Source of the DNA: Candidatus Hadarchaeales archaeon
GTDB taxonomy: Archaea; Hadarchaeota; Hadarchaeia; Hadarchaeales; WYZ-LMO6
DNA length: 64,000 nucleotides
Reading direction: 5' to 3'
Assembly: GCA_038851755.1 (NCBI GenBank)
Contig: JAWCKR010000003.1
Location: 44,345 to 108,344 of the forward strand
The position numbers and the translations under genes were made by a program. Positions 10,106 through 19,822 of the stretch are shown in pieces. Numbering within the stretch: position 1 is the first letter of the stretch; the number at the start of each line of letters is the position of its first letter. Under the pieces are notes generated by a model that had not been told where the DNA came from, did not search any database, and worked only from the letters and a program-made list of their open reading frames with translations.

Positions 10106-10762
10106 TTAACCCATCTCCCGGCCCTTTCCCCCCCTCCTCAGGGGGAGGGCCATCACCACTCCTGCCAGGAACCCACCCACGTGGGCCCAGTAGGCAACAC
10201 CCGAGGGGGCCCCCGCCACCAGCAGGAAGGAAGCGCTCAGGAACTGGAGCACGAACCAGAAGCCCAGGAAGAAGAGGGCGGGTACCATGACCACGCGGAT
10301 GAAGTAGAAGTACATGACGGCGGTAAGCACCCTAGCCCTGGGATAAAGGACGAGATAGGCGCCCAAAACTCCTGAGATGGCTCCAGAGGCCCCTATGGCT
10401 GGAATGGTTGAGGAGGGATTGGAAAGGAGGTGTGAGAAGGAAGCCGCAAGCCCGCAGAGGAAGTAAAAGATCAAGAACTTCTTTCTGCCGAAGGCATCCT
10501 CTATGTTGTCCCCGAAGATCCAGAGGTAGAGCATGTTCCCGCCTATGTGGAGGAAGCCACCGTGGAGGAACATGGAGGTGAAAAGAGTATAAAGTTCCTT
10601 GCCTTGGGATACAAAAAAGGGTTTCATTCCGTATTCGTTCACGATTTCTTCGAAGGATCCCGAAAAGTAAGACCAAAGGAAGATCCCGAAGTTCAGGATT
10701 ATGAGGAGGGTGGTAAGGATGGGTCTACGGCGGGTAGGGTTTTCGTCCTTAAGGGGAAACAT
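10106..10762 (-). CDS. Rhomboid intramembrane serine protease
   Basis: HIGGNML, GASG and AHVGG motifs. Confidence 0.93.
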   Translation of the reverse strand: MFPLKDENPTRRRPILTTLLIILNFGIFLWSYFSGSFEEIVNEYGMKPFFVSQGKELYTLFTSMFLHGGFLHIGGNMLYLWIFGDNIEDAFGRKKFLIFYFLCGLAASFSHLLSNPSSTIPAIGASGAISGVLGAYLVLYPRARVLTAVMYFYFIRVVMVPALFFLGFWFVLQFLSASFLLVAGAPSGVAYWAHVGGFLAGVVMALPLRRGGKGREMG

Positions 10763-11191
10763 TCTTTCAAGAAACTTGTTCTCCGAGTTTTTCTTTCCAT
10801 CGGAATCGAGAATTTTTATTGAGCCAGGTTAGTATTCTCAGGCGGGAAGAGCGTCTTTCCAGCTATTCATGGAGTCCAAGGGTTTCACCCTTATCATCTG
10901 GAATTCAAGCTCAGACCCTTTCCTTTCCCTATCTTAAAGCTCCCCGGATGGGACAGATGAGGTTTTTTGGACGAGATCGAAGGCCAGTTCTTGCCCACAC
11001 CCTGCACCTTTGTGGACATTCCCGTTCGTAGTATACCCCCCGACAGGAATTCCATTATCCAATCCTTTCCGGTAAAAGCTTAGTCTTCCCCAGAGGGTGA
11101 AGGGTTTCATCCCCTCAGGAAGAAATATGGGCCCATCTCGATTTGAATTATAGGCAAACAAAATTTTTTTCTCGGTTTTCAGAAAACAAAA

Positions 11192-11314
11192 GTGAGGTTG
11201 TGGTCACTTAGTCCCAAGTATTTGGATGCGAGGGGATTGGTTGCCCTTTGGAGGGAGGGCCTTTTGGCCAAGGGAATTTTGGAGGGCCGCTTACAGCCTG
11301 CGCCAAAAACTTAA
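11192..11314 (+). pseudogene. N-terminal fragment of a pyrimidine-dimer DNA glycosylase family protein
   Basis: Translates MRLWSLSPKYLDARGLVALWREGLLAKGILEG, matching the family N-terminus MRLWSxHPxYLDxxGLVALWRE, then stops after 40 aa. Confidence 0.7.
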
Positions 11315-11411
11315 TCCTTTCAGGGTCAGCCGTACAAGGAGAAATCTCCCTAATCTCAATTTTCCTCACAAGAACATCTGCAAATAAGAGTTCTTCAAAA
11401 TCCTCGCTCAT
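11290..11411 (-). pseudogene. N-terminal fragment of a putative metal/(Fe-S)-binding protein
   Basis: IREISPCTADPERIKFLAQA resembles a PCxAD-type N-terminus; the frame then runs into the antisense of the glycosylase fragment. Confidence 0.5.
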
Positions 11412-11845
11412 TTCTCCATAATCGCCTTTATAATCAATTCTTTAGCCTTCTTTATGTCTTCTTGAGAAATGTATTTTTCAACGCCTAGGCCCTTGTCAAT
11501 ATCCGTGTGCAAAGCCACTTTTTTCATGCCTATGTCCCTAGCAAGCACAATGCTTTTGGTTATCTTGAAGCCAGCAGCCTCTATGGTTTTTCTTGCGCAC
11601 TCAAATGGGCAGCCGTCCACCGTTATTATCTTCTTCGCAGCTTTAGCTTTACCCAAAACAGGCTTTACACCAAGAGGCACCGACGGCAGACAGCCAATAG
11701 CCACCTTTTCTAAGCCAAGCTCTTTAACGACTTCTAAACACGCCAGTGCGCTTGTTAATCCTGTGTTGGACAAGCCGCCAAAACATGAGAACAAAATGTT
11801 TTCATGAGTTGGCATTCCTTCCTGCCATTCGCCTTCCTTTGCCAT
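11408..11845 (-). CDS. DGC-domain putative zinc-binding protein
   Basis: SCFGGLSNTG, GCL and TVDGCPFECARK motifs; AT-rich codons. Confidence 0.85.
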   Translation of the reverse strand: MAKEGEWQEGMPTHENILFSCFGGLSNTGLTSALACLEVVKELGLEKVAIGCLPSVPLGVKPVLGKAKAAKKIITVDGCPFECARKTIEAAGFKITKSIVLARDIGMKKVALHTDIDKGLGVEKYISQEDIKKAKELIIKAIMEK

Positions 11846-12550
11846 TTACATCTTCTCCTCATACCATTTTTTGTTGATTTCGTATACTACACGCCTGCCT
11901 CTCTTAAGGCTTCTTTTAGGGTTTCCTCGCATCGTTTGCTGAGGGATAAAGGTGAAGTACTGGTGTCTGGCCTTGCTTAATCCCCTTCTGACCACGAGCA
12001 TGGCTGGAACTTTAGTGAATGTTACACCTTCTTTATTCACTTCGGCTTCTACGAAATCTCCAAGCCTTATGCCATCAGTTCCCGTATAGTTGCCTAGGCT
12101 TTGGGGTCTCAGCCCACTGAAGGCCATGAGGGCTATTGAAACCCTAGCCCTTGGAGTAGCCATACGGAGGATTCTGTCAAGCTCCTCCTTGCTTGGAACC
12201 CTTTCGTTGGCTATGGTTGGCGTTTCATGCTCACCCCTAACATTAACCTTGAGCCTTACATCTAAGCCGTTATAGCTGAACCAGGAGTGCAGCGTCTTCT
12301 TGAACCTTGCAATGTAGGAGCCCACCTTGCCCTCCCTCTCCAGCCTGCGGACAAAATCGGTGAAAGCATCCCTGAAAGCCTTAGTCTTCGCAGCCTTAAG
12401 CAATGCTTTTGGATCAGTCCCATTAAGCTCGCAGTAAAACCCAAGATTCCTAAGGTAAACAGTGGCCGTCAAATAAGACTTAGCCGCCAAATTATCAAAC
12501 CAGCGCCGAACATCCGCATCCTCAAGCAAATAAGCATACTTAGCCCTCAA
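11846..12550 (-). pseudogene. Truncated tyrosine recombinase (site-specific integrase)
   Basis: ALMAFSGLRP (catalytic Arg box) and LSKARHQY (Lys) present; no HxxR or Tyr region; starts 60 bp downstream of the tRNA-Ala 3' end. Confidence 0.8.
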
Positions 12551-12610
12551 CCCTTATCAAATTATGGGAAAGAACATTCCATTATTTAAGGATTCGCTTA
12601 AAAAATTAAG

Positions 12611-12685
12611 TGGACCGGGCGGGATTTGAACCCGCGACCTCCCGCATGCCAAGCGGGCGATCATACCAGGCTGATCTACCGGCCC
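12611..12685 (-). tRNA. tRNA-Ala(GGC)
   Basis: GGGCCGG...CCCGC-TTGGCAT-GCGGG...GTTCAAATC...CCGGTCCA; G3:U70 pair; CCA not encoded. Confidence 0.96.
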
Positions 12686-12731
12686 ACCCTACTGCATCAG
12701 GAGGAAAGGGATATAGAGGTTTTCGGCCGGT

Positions 12732-12917
12732 CTACCTCAGCCTCAGTCTGTGCACCGTCTTGGTCTTCCAGCTGTACTTGTACATCCTTCTGGTCCTGCC
12801 GAACCCGCAGGCCGCACACACCCCCTTCTGGAGGTGGAACGACCTCCTCCCGCACCTGCGGCACCTGATGTGCACGGGCTTGTGCTTCTTCCCCATCGAG
12901 GGAGTGCCCTTCGTCAT
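12732..12917 (-). CDS. rpl37e: 50S ribosomal protein L37e
   Basis: [23 protein letters not shown] and CAACGFG motifs. Confidence 0.97.
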   Translation of the reverse strand: MTKGTPSMGKKHKPVHIRCRRCGRRSFHLQKGVCAACGFGRTRRMYKYSWKTKTVHRLRLR

Positions 12918-12922
12918 CTTCC

Positions 12923-13168
<246 letters not shown>

Positions 13169-13262
13169 TCACCCCGTTATTAATCCCTTTCTGAGGCTCC
13201 CGGGCCCAGGACTGACAGCAGGGGTTAATATAGGGCCGGAGCCAGCGAGGAGCGGTGGTGGG

Positions 13263-13733
13263 ATGGTCAGGAGGTACAGGCTGAGGAAGTCCGAGATCAG
13301 GGAGCTGAAGGAAAGGGCGGCGAGGGAGCTGGGGAAGGAGGTGGAGGGGGAGACGTTCGAGGTGGTGGAGGAGGAGGGAAGGAGGATCATCCTGGTGGAT
13401 GGCTCGGTCTCCCTCCTTGAGGAGGGGGGAAAGCTCCTTCCCTTCGTGGGGGCCGCAGAGGGACTGGGGAGGAGGGTGGTGGTGGACATGGGGGCGGTCC
13501 CCTACCTAGCGAGGGGGGCGGACGTGATGTCCCCCGGGGTGGTGAGGGTGGAGGGGGAAATAAGACCAGGGGAGGTCGTGGCAGTGGTGGACGAGAGGCA
13601 CGGGAAGGTGCTGGCGGTGGGGGAGGCGCTGGTGCCCGGGGAGGAGATGGTGGGGAGGAAGGGGAAGGTCGTGAAAAACCTGCACCACGTGGGGGACGCG
13701 GTTTGGAAGCTGATGGAAAAAGGATTTAAATAA
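13263..13733 (+). CDS. PUA-domain RNA-binding protein (MCT-1/Tma20-like)
   Basis: VDMGAVPYLARGADVMSPGV and NLHHVGD motifs. Confidence 0.9.
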   Translation: MVRRYRLRKSEIRELKERAARELGKEVEGETFEVVEEEGRRIILVDGSVSLLEEGGKLLPFVGAAEGLGRRVVVDMGAVPYLARGADVMSPGVVRVEGEIRPGEVVAVVDERHGKVLAVGEALVPGEEMVGRKGKVVKNLHHVGDAVWKLMEKGFK

Positions 13734-13751
13734 ACGGCTTCGAGGTTTTTC

Positions 13752-14606
13752 GTGCTCCAGGTAGACGTGTTCTGGGTGTATGGGATAGGCGCGATGGCCG
13801 CCACGGCGGCCGGCAGGCAGCTGGCGGAACTTGGGAAGGCCAAGGCAGGTTTCAGGGAGGCCACCCCCTTCGGGAGCAAGTACTTCGCCCTGCTGCTCCT
13901 CTACCTCTCCCTGATCTTCGTGCCGGAGGCCCTCTGGCTCACCTGGAACTTCCCCCACTGGGAGACCATGCACCTGGTGGGAAGCCTGGAGGAGATTCCC
14001 GCCTGGGGAATTGTCCTCTCGGCGGTGGGAGACATAGCGGTGGCGGTCTTGGGCTACTGGGTCGCCTACAAGCTCCTCAGCCGGGGCAAGCTCTACGCCG
14101 CCCACCTGCAGTGGGTGCTGGGCTACTTCCTCTTCTTCTTCGTCCTGACCTGTGGCTGGGACGGGAGGGGGTGGGAAAGGTTCATGTACGACCCCACGGT
14201 GAAGGGAGGGGTTCTCTGGACCCCTGGCACCCACATGGGGCCTCTGGACTTCGCTACGAGCAGGGTGGCCCTGACCCTCTACGCCATGGCGCTCCCCACC
14301 ATCCTCCCACTGGTGGTCTGGGGGTACCGCTGGCTGAAGGAGGGCTTCCTGCTCCAGGAGCTCCCGCCGGAGAAGGCCTCCACCAGGGCGGCCGCGGGCG
14401 TGGGCTTCTACTTCGCAGGGGTGGGGGTGGCCCTCCTCTCCGCGGCGGTCGTCACCCTCCTCATCCACCTCCTCTCCTCACCCCTGGGTCTTCCCCTGGC
14501 GTATGTCCTGGGTTTCCTGATCTTCCTCCCCCCCGTCTACCTGCTGGGACTGAAGAAGGGGAGACCCCTCCACCTCGCCTTCAAGAAGTACTTCCTGACG
14601 GATTAG
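13752..14606 (+). CDS. Conserved hypothetical polytopic membrane protein
   Basis: Several hydrophobic helices; QVDVFW, FPHWETMH and GWDGRGW motifs; host-like codon usage. Confidence 0.75.
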   Translation: MLQVDVFWVYGIGAMAATAAGRQLAELGKAKAGFREATPFGSKYFALLLLYLSLIFVPEALWLTWNFPHWETMHLVGSLEEIPAWGIVLSAVGDIAVAVLGYWVAYKLLSRGKLYAAHLQWVLGYFLFFFVLTCGWDGRGWERFMYDPTVKGGVLWTPGTHMGPLDFATSRVALTLYAMALPTILPLVVWGYRWLKEGFLLQELPPEKASTRAAAGVGFYFAGVGVALLSAAVVTLLIHLLSSPLGLPLAYVLGFLIFLPPVYLLGLKKGRPLHLAFKKYFLTD

Positions 14607-14680
14607 GAAGCTCAGAGACGAGTCTTCATTGGGAATCTTAAATACTTAAATAAAGGGAAGTGGATGGAGGTTGGGCGTCC

Positions 14681-15052
14681 ATGAGAGCCTTCAAGAAGAT
14701 CTTCCAGAAACCCGCGGGGGGGGCGGAAGGGGTGCAGGTGGTGGAGACCGAGGTGGCCAAGGAGGAGAAGCTGGGGATAGAGCCCATCCACATAAAGAGC
14801 ATGAATCTGGAGTCCTCCGAGGACCTGAAGAAGGTGGGAGACGAGCTGCGGTCCGGAAACATCGTGATCCTGAACATCACCTCCTTCATGAGCAGGGACG
14901 TGGAGGGTCTGAAGCAGGCCATAGCCCAGCTCAAGGGGATGTGCTACGCCATAGGCGGCGACATAGGCAGGCTGGGGGACTCCTGGATAGTGGCCACCCC
15001 GAAGTACGTGACCATCCAGTTCAGGGAGCAGGGGACCGGTCCGGTCACCTGA
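14681..15052 (+). CDS. sepF: Cell division protein SepF
   Basis: ELRSGNIVILNI and IGGDIGRLGDSWIVATP motifs; amphipathic N-terminus. Confidence 0.88.
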   Translation: MRAFKKIFQKPAGGAEGVQVVETEVAKEEKLGIEPIHIKSMNLESSEDLKKVGDELRSGNIVILNITSFMSRDVEGLKQAIAQLKGMCYAIGGDIGRLGDSWIVATPKYVTIQFREQGTGPVT

Positions 15053-16955
15053 GCCTTATCGCCTCCAGGTTGGGCGGGGCCCTCGTTTCCACCCTGAAGA
15101 TCTTGTGCAGGGTGCTGGCCAGGTTCAGGCATCTGCTTTCCTCCCCGTGGCAGCATATCACCCTGGAGGGCTTGGAGGAGAGCCTCCTGACGTAGTTGAG
15201 GAGCTGGTTCCTGTCCGAGTGACCGCTGAACCCATCCACGGTTTCTACCCTCATCTTCACCTCCACCACCTCCGCCCTGCCGTCCTTCCCCCTCAGGGGC
15301 ACCTCCCTCCACCCCTTCTGGATCCTGCGCCCGAGGGAGCCCTCGCTCTGGTACCCGACGAACACCAGCGTGTTCCTGGGGTCCGGGGCAAGCTGCCTGA
15401 AGTACTCCAGCACGGGTCCCCCCGTCATCATGCCCGCCGTGGCCAGGATCACGCACGGTCCCCCGTCCACGATGGCCTGCCTGTCGTCGGGCTTCTTTAC
15501 CTGGATGAAGATCTCGGAAAGGAAGGGGTTGTCGTCCTGGAAGATCAGCTTCCTCAGGACGGGGGAGAGGTACTCTGGGTAGAGGGCGTGGATGGCCGTG
15601 GCCTCCCAGATCATCCCGTCCAGGTAGACCTCCCCTTCGAACTCTCCTTTGCGGTAGGCCTCCTCCAGCAGCATCATGATCTCCTGCGACCTCCCCACCG
15701 CGAACACCGGCACCAGCACCTTCCCTCCCCCCTCCATGGTTTCCCTCACCAGCTGCAGGAACCTCTCCTCCGCCTCCGCCCTGGGGAGCTGGATGCTGTC
15801 GGGCCCTCCGTAGGTGCTCTCCATGATGAGGGTCTCCACCCTGGGGAAGGAACAGACGGCGGGGAGGAAGAGCTTCGTCTTGTCGAACTTGATGTCCCCC
15901 GTGTAGACCACGTTGTGCAGTCCCTCCCCGAAGTGGAGGTGGACCACCGAGGAGCCCAGGATGTGGCCAGCGTTGTACAGGGCGATCTTGAGGTCGGGAG
16001 AGATGTCGGTGATTTCGCCCCACTCCAGCGTGATGCAGTGCTGCACGAAGGTGCGTACCTCCTTCTGGGTGAAGGGGGAGGCCTTGTCCTCCTTCTCCCC
16101 CACCTCCAGGTAGTCCTGCAGCAGGAGCACGGCCAGGTCCCTGGTGGGAGGGGTGCAGTACACGGGTCCGTCGTACCCGTAGCGGTAGAGATAGGGGAGG
16201 AAGCCCACGTGGTCCAGGTGGGCGTGGGAGATCACCACCGCGTCGAGTTCGGCAAGCCTGCACTCCGGGGCCTCCAGGTGGGGATAGGCCCTGTCCTCCG
16301 AGGCCACGTTCACTCCGCAGTCGAGCATCACCTTGCTCTCCGGGGTCTGGAGGAGGAGAGAGGACCGCCCCACCTCCCTGGCACCCCCTAGCAGGGAGAT
16401 CCTCAGCCAGTCCCCCCTCCCCCTGGGCTGCCTGTGGATTCTCCTCCCTATCCCCTGCAGGATCTCCAGCTTCTTTCCGCTGTTCTGCAGGAGGGAGAAG
16501 CGTATGCCCTGGATGAGGTCGGACTGGATGGGCGGGGTCCGGACCACCCTGGGGGCCCACCCTATCTCCTTCATCACCATCCTGAGGGTGGAGCCGTCCC
16601 TCCCTATCGCCACCCCAGGCCTCTGGGCCTCCACCACCACCTCTCCCGTGGTCCTGTCGAAGAGGACGGCCGTTATTCCCGCCTCGGGGGGGATGAGCTC
16701 CCTTATCCTCTTCTCCGCCTCGCCCTCCTCCAGCAGCAGCTGGGGGTCGGGCCTCAGGATGATGCGCTTGTGGAGCTTCTTGGCCAGGTCCCTGATGGCA
16801 TCCCCTCCCTCCGTGAGGAGGCTGAGGTTCTTGCAGTACATCACGATCTTCGGCCCCTCGAACTCCACACCTGAAACCGACTCTCCCAGCACGGGGTCCT
16901 GCTTGATGAACTCCTTCGCCTGTTGTAGCAGATCTTCCGTCGCCATGAGCTTCAC
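15045..16955 (-). CDS. fttA: Beta-CASP ribonuclease aCPSF1 (termination factor FttA)
   Basis: N-terminal KH domains, SHAHLDH, AGHILGS and GFSGHSD motifs. Confidence 0.96.
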   Translation of the reverse strand: MKLMATEDLLQQAKEFIKQDPVLGESVSGVEFEGPKIVMYCKNLSLLTEGGDAIRDLAKKLHKRIILRPDPQLLLEEGEAEKRIRELIPPEAGITAVLFDRTTGEVVVEAQRPGVAIGRDGSTLRMVMKEIGWAPRVVRTPPIQSDLIQGIRFSLLQNSGKKLEILQGIGRRIHRQPRGRGDWLRISLLGGAREVGRSSLLLQTPESKVMLDCGVNVASEDRAYPHLEAPECRLAELDAVVISHAHLDHVGFLPYLYRYGYDGPVYCTPPTRDLAVLLLQDYLEVGEKEDKASPFTQKEVRTFVQHCITLEWGEITDISPDLKIALYNAGHILGSSVVHLHFGEGLHNVVYTGDIKFDKTKLFLPAVCSFPRVETLIMESTYGGPDSIQLPRAEAEERFLQLVRETMEGGGKVLVPVFAVGRSQEIMMLLEEAYRKGEFEGEVYLDGMIWEATAIHALYPEYLSPVLRKLIFQDDNPFLSEIFIQVKKPDDRQAIVDGGPCVILATAGMMTGGPVLEYFRQLAPDPRNTLVFVGYQSEGSLGRRIQKGWREVPLRGKDGRAEVVEVKMRVETVDGFSGHSDRNQLLNYVRRLSSKPSRVICCHGEESRCLNLASTLHKIFRVETRAPPNLEAIRLR

Positions 16956-16965
16956 GTTGTGAGGA

Positions 16966-17631
16966 TCAGGAAAGCTTGAGGATTTCCTCGGGGGAAAGGC
17001 TCTGGATGCCGCTCTCCCTCACCACCAGCACCTCCACCTCGTTGCCGGTGGCTATGTCCCTCTTCATAGCGGTCCTCACGGCCTTCACCGCCACGGGGAG
17101 GACCTCCTTGACCTTGGCACCCTCCTTCACCTCGTTCTCCAGGACTCCGTAGGCCACGGGTGAGCCCGATCCCGTGGCCACCATCTTCTCCTCCGTGAGG
17201 GTGCCCTCCATGCCCACGAAGTAGAGCCTGGGGCCGTCCTCGTCCACGCCCCCCACCAGAAGATGGGCCAGGTAGGGCAGGAAGAACTGCGAGTGGAGGA
17301 GGTTGGAGGCCATCTTGGCCACGGCGCCCACCGTGATGGGTCTCCCCTCCCTCACCGTGTAGAGGGAGGCCTCCGCCCTCAGCATTCTGATCAGGGCCTG
17401 CACGTCTCCTACTCCTCCCGCCACGGTAGCGGCCACTCTCTCGGTTATCCCGTAGAGCTTCTTGGCTCTCTTGCTGGCGATGAGGTGTCCTGCCGTGGCC
17501 CTGGTGTCCGCGGCCAGCACCACGCCGTCCTTGCAGACCACTCCTACGGTGGTGGTACCGGTGAATTTCTTTGGGTCCCTCTCCACTAGCTCAACTCCCA
17601 GAAAACGACCATCCTCTCTTTGTGATTCCAT
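16966..17631 (-). CDS. psmB: Proteasome beta subunit
   Basis: Propeptide followed by G/TTTVG, TGSGS and KRDIATG; start uncertain. Confidence 0.95.
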   Translation of the reverse strand: MESQREDGRFLGVELVERDPKKFTGTTTVGVVCKDGVVLAADTRATAGHLIASKRAKKLYGITERVAATVAGGVGDVQALIRMLRAEASLYTVREGRPITVGAVAKMASNLLHSQFFLPYLAHLLVGGVDEDGPRLYFVGMEGTLTEEKMVATGSGSPVAYGVLENEVKEGAKVKEVLPVAVKAVRTAMKRDIATGNEVEVLVVRESGIQSLSPEEILKLS

Positions 17632-17664
17632 ATTTAAATTTTCTCTTTTCGATGGAAGTCGTGC

Positions 17665-18822
17665 ATGAGCGGTTTTGAGGTGAAGAACGTCTTCGAGCAC
17701 GTGGACATGCTGGCGTACGAGATAGGGCCGAGGAAGGCGGGGAGCAGGGGAGACAGGAGGACGGTGGAGTACCTCTCCTCCAAACTCAGGGAGTACGGGC
17801 TGAAGGTCCACGTGCAGGAGTTCGGGTTCGTCGGCAGGACAAGACGCCTGGCTTTCATGCTCTCCCTGGGCCTCCTCTTCCTCTCCCTCACCCTCTTTCT
17901 CCCTCCCCTTCTCTCCCTCCTCCTCTGGTCCCTCTTCCTCCTCCTCTCTGAGTTCTCAGGGAGGATCCTCCCCGGGCAGAAGACCTGCAACCTCCTGGCG
18001 GAGATGAAGGGTGAGGGAGAAAGGAAGGTACTCCTGGCGCACAGGGACTCGGCTTCCTGTGTTTCCCGCCCGCGTCTGCTGGAGGTATCCTCCCTCTTCC
18101 TCCCCCTCTCCCTCCTGCTTCCCTCCTTCCTCCTCCTCCTCAGGCTCCTCTTCCCCCCTCTCTGGCCTTGGGGAGGCTTCCTCTCCCTCTTCCTCTTCGC
18201 CCTCTTCCCCTCCCTCCGCCTCCTTTCCCTCTCCTCCAGCGTTTCGCCAGGGGCCAACGACAACGCCTCTGGGGTGGCCCTGCTCCTGGAGGTGGCCAGG
18301 GTCTGCTCTCAGCTCAACCCCGTGCCCCCCCTGCTCCTCGCTTTCACGGGGGCGGAGGAGGAGGGCCTCTGGGGATCGAAGGCCCTCGCCTCAGGCGGGG
18401 TGCTGAGGAGGGAAGACAGGATCCTCAACGTGGACACGGTGGGGGTGGGAAGGGTGCACCTTGTGGTGGGGAGCGGGCTCTTGCGAAGGAGGGAGACCCC
18501 CAGGGGTCTCAACGAGGAGGTGAGGAGGTGCTTGAAGGAGGAGGGCTTGAGGCCTGGAGAGTGGTGGACGGTCTTCTCCGCTCATGACCACCTTCCCCTG
18601 CTCCGCAAGGGTTTTTCGGCCACCACCCTCACCGCAGACACGGGCCTCCGCGGGGATTCTTCCCTCTTCAGGTTCTTCCGGATCCCCAAGGCGGGCAGGA
18701 GGGGATGGAGGTACCTGCACACGGAGGAGGATCTCCCTCCCAGGCTGGAGCTATCCACCCTTGAGAGGGTGGGGAAGGCCCTGCTGAGGTTCGCGGGTGC
18801 GGGGGAGGGACCGGCCGGGTGA
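17665..18822 (+). CDS. M28 family peptidase with membrane segments
   Basis: AHRDS, GANDNASG, AEEEGL, NVDTVG and LHTEED motifs. Confidence 0.85.
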   Translation: MSGFEVKNVFEHVDMLAYEIGPRKAGSRGDRRTVEYLSSKLREYGLKVHVQEFGFVGRTRRLAFMLSLGLLFLSLTLFLPPLLSLLLWSLFLLLSEFSGRILPGQKTCNLLAEMKGEGERKVLLAHRDSASCVSRPRLLEVSSLFLPLSLLLPSFLLLLRLLFPPLWPWGGFLSLFLFALFPSLRLLSLSSSVSPGANDNASGVALLLEVARVCSQLNPVPPLLLAFTGAEEEGLWGSKALASGGVLRREDRILNVDTVGVGRVHLVVGSGLLRRRETPRGLNEEVRRCLKEEGLRPGEWWTVFSAHDHLPLLRKGFSATTLTADTGLRGDSSLFRFFRIPKAGRRGWRYLHTEEDLPPRLELSTLERVGKALLRFAGAGEGPAG

Positions 18823-18826
18823 GGTG

Positions 18827-19822
18827 ATGGACGTCTCCCTCCTCTTCCCCCTCTCGGCCTCCCTCCTCCTGGCAGCGGGCATGGGCGCCAGCGACACCGC
18901 CGACGCCATGGGTACGGCGGTGGGGGCCAGGATCCTCTCCTACCGGAGGGCAGTCTTTCTCTTCGCCCTCTTCCTCTTCGTGGGGGCGGTGCTGGAGGGG
19001 GGGAAGCTGGTGGAGCCCGTGGGGAAGGGGGTGGTCTCCGGACCCCTCTTCTTAGACCATCCCCTTCCCTTCTCCCTGGTTCTGCTCCTCTCGGGCGTGG
19101 CGGTGGTGGTCAGCGCCTGGCACGGCATCCCCCTCTCCACCCATCAGCTTATCCTGGGAGGGATCATCGGCGGGGGAGTGGCGGGCAGCCTGCTGGCGGG
19201 ACCCGCGGAGGCCGGGCTTCAAGGAGGGAAGGTGCTGCAGGTGGTGGTGGCCTGGTGCCTCACCCCCTTCCTCTCCCTCCTCCTCTCCTTCCTCCTCTGC
19301 CGCCTCTTCAGGCGCCTCTTCCTCTCGGTGAAGGATCCCGCGGGCCTCAATCTCCTCTTCTCCCTGGGCGTCGTTTCCAGCGGGTGCTACATGGCGTACG
19401 TGATGGGGGCCAACGGCCTGGGCACCGTAATCGGGAGTTTCTTCGCCACCAGGGGGGGAGAGCTCACCCCTTCCTTCCTCCGCACCATGGCCCTGGGAGG
19501 GGCCGTGCTGGTGGTGGCAGGGGCCTTTGTGCTGGGGGAGAGGGTGGTGAGGACCGTGGGCAGCGGTTTGGCCCCCCTTTCGCCCACCAGCGCCATAGCC
19601 TCCCAGCTCAGCGCGGGCCTCAGCGTGCACCTCCTCACCCAGTACGGTCTTCCCGTTTCCATGAGCCACGCCATCGTGACCAGCGTGGTGGGTGCTGGTC
19701 TGGCCATGGACGTCTCCACGGTGAGGACGGGGAGGGTGAGGGAGCTGGTGCTGGTGTGGATCCTCTGCCCCTTCCTCACCTTCACGCTGGGAGTGCTCTT
19801 CTACGCCCTCCACCTCGGATGA
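18827..19822 (+). CDS. PiT-family inorganic anion (phosphate) transporter
   Basis: Duplicated PHO4-type halves, GIPLSTHQ and GLPVSMSH motifs. Confidence 0.88.
   Translation: MDVSLLFPLSASLLLAAGMGASDTADAMGTAVGARILSYRRAVFLFALFLFVGAVLEGGKLVEPVGKGVVSGPLFLDHPLPFSLVLLLSGVAVVVSAWHGIPLSTHQLILGGIIGGGVAGSLLAGPAEAGLQGGKVLQVVVAWCLTPFLSLLLSFLLCRLFRRLFLSVKDPAGLNLLFSLGVVSSGCYMAYVMGANGLGTVIGSFFATRGGELTPSFLRTMALGGAVLVVAGAFVLGERVVRTVGSGLAPLSPTSAIASQLSAGLSVHLLTQYGLPVSMSHAIVTSVVGAGLAMDVSTVRTGRVRELVLVWILCPFLTFTLGVLFYALHLG

Larger units (their letters stand above)
11190..12610. mobile_element. Decayed tRNA-Ala-targeting integrative element remnant
   Basis: Abrupt shift to AT-richer sequence, integrase beside the tRNA, several truncated genes; left boundary uncertain, possibly to about 10770. 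Confidence 0.7.
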
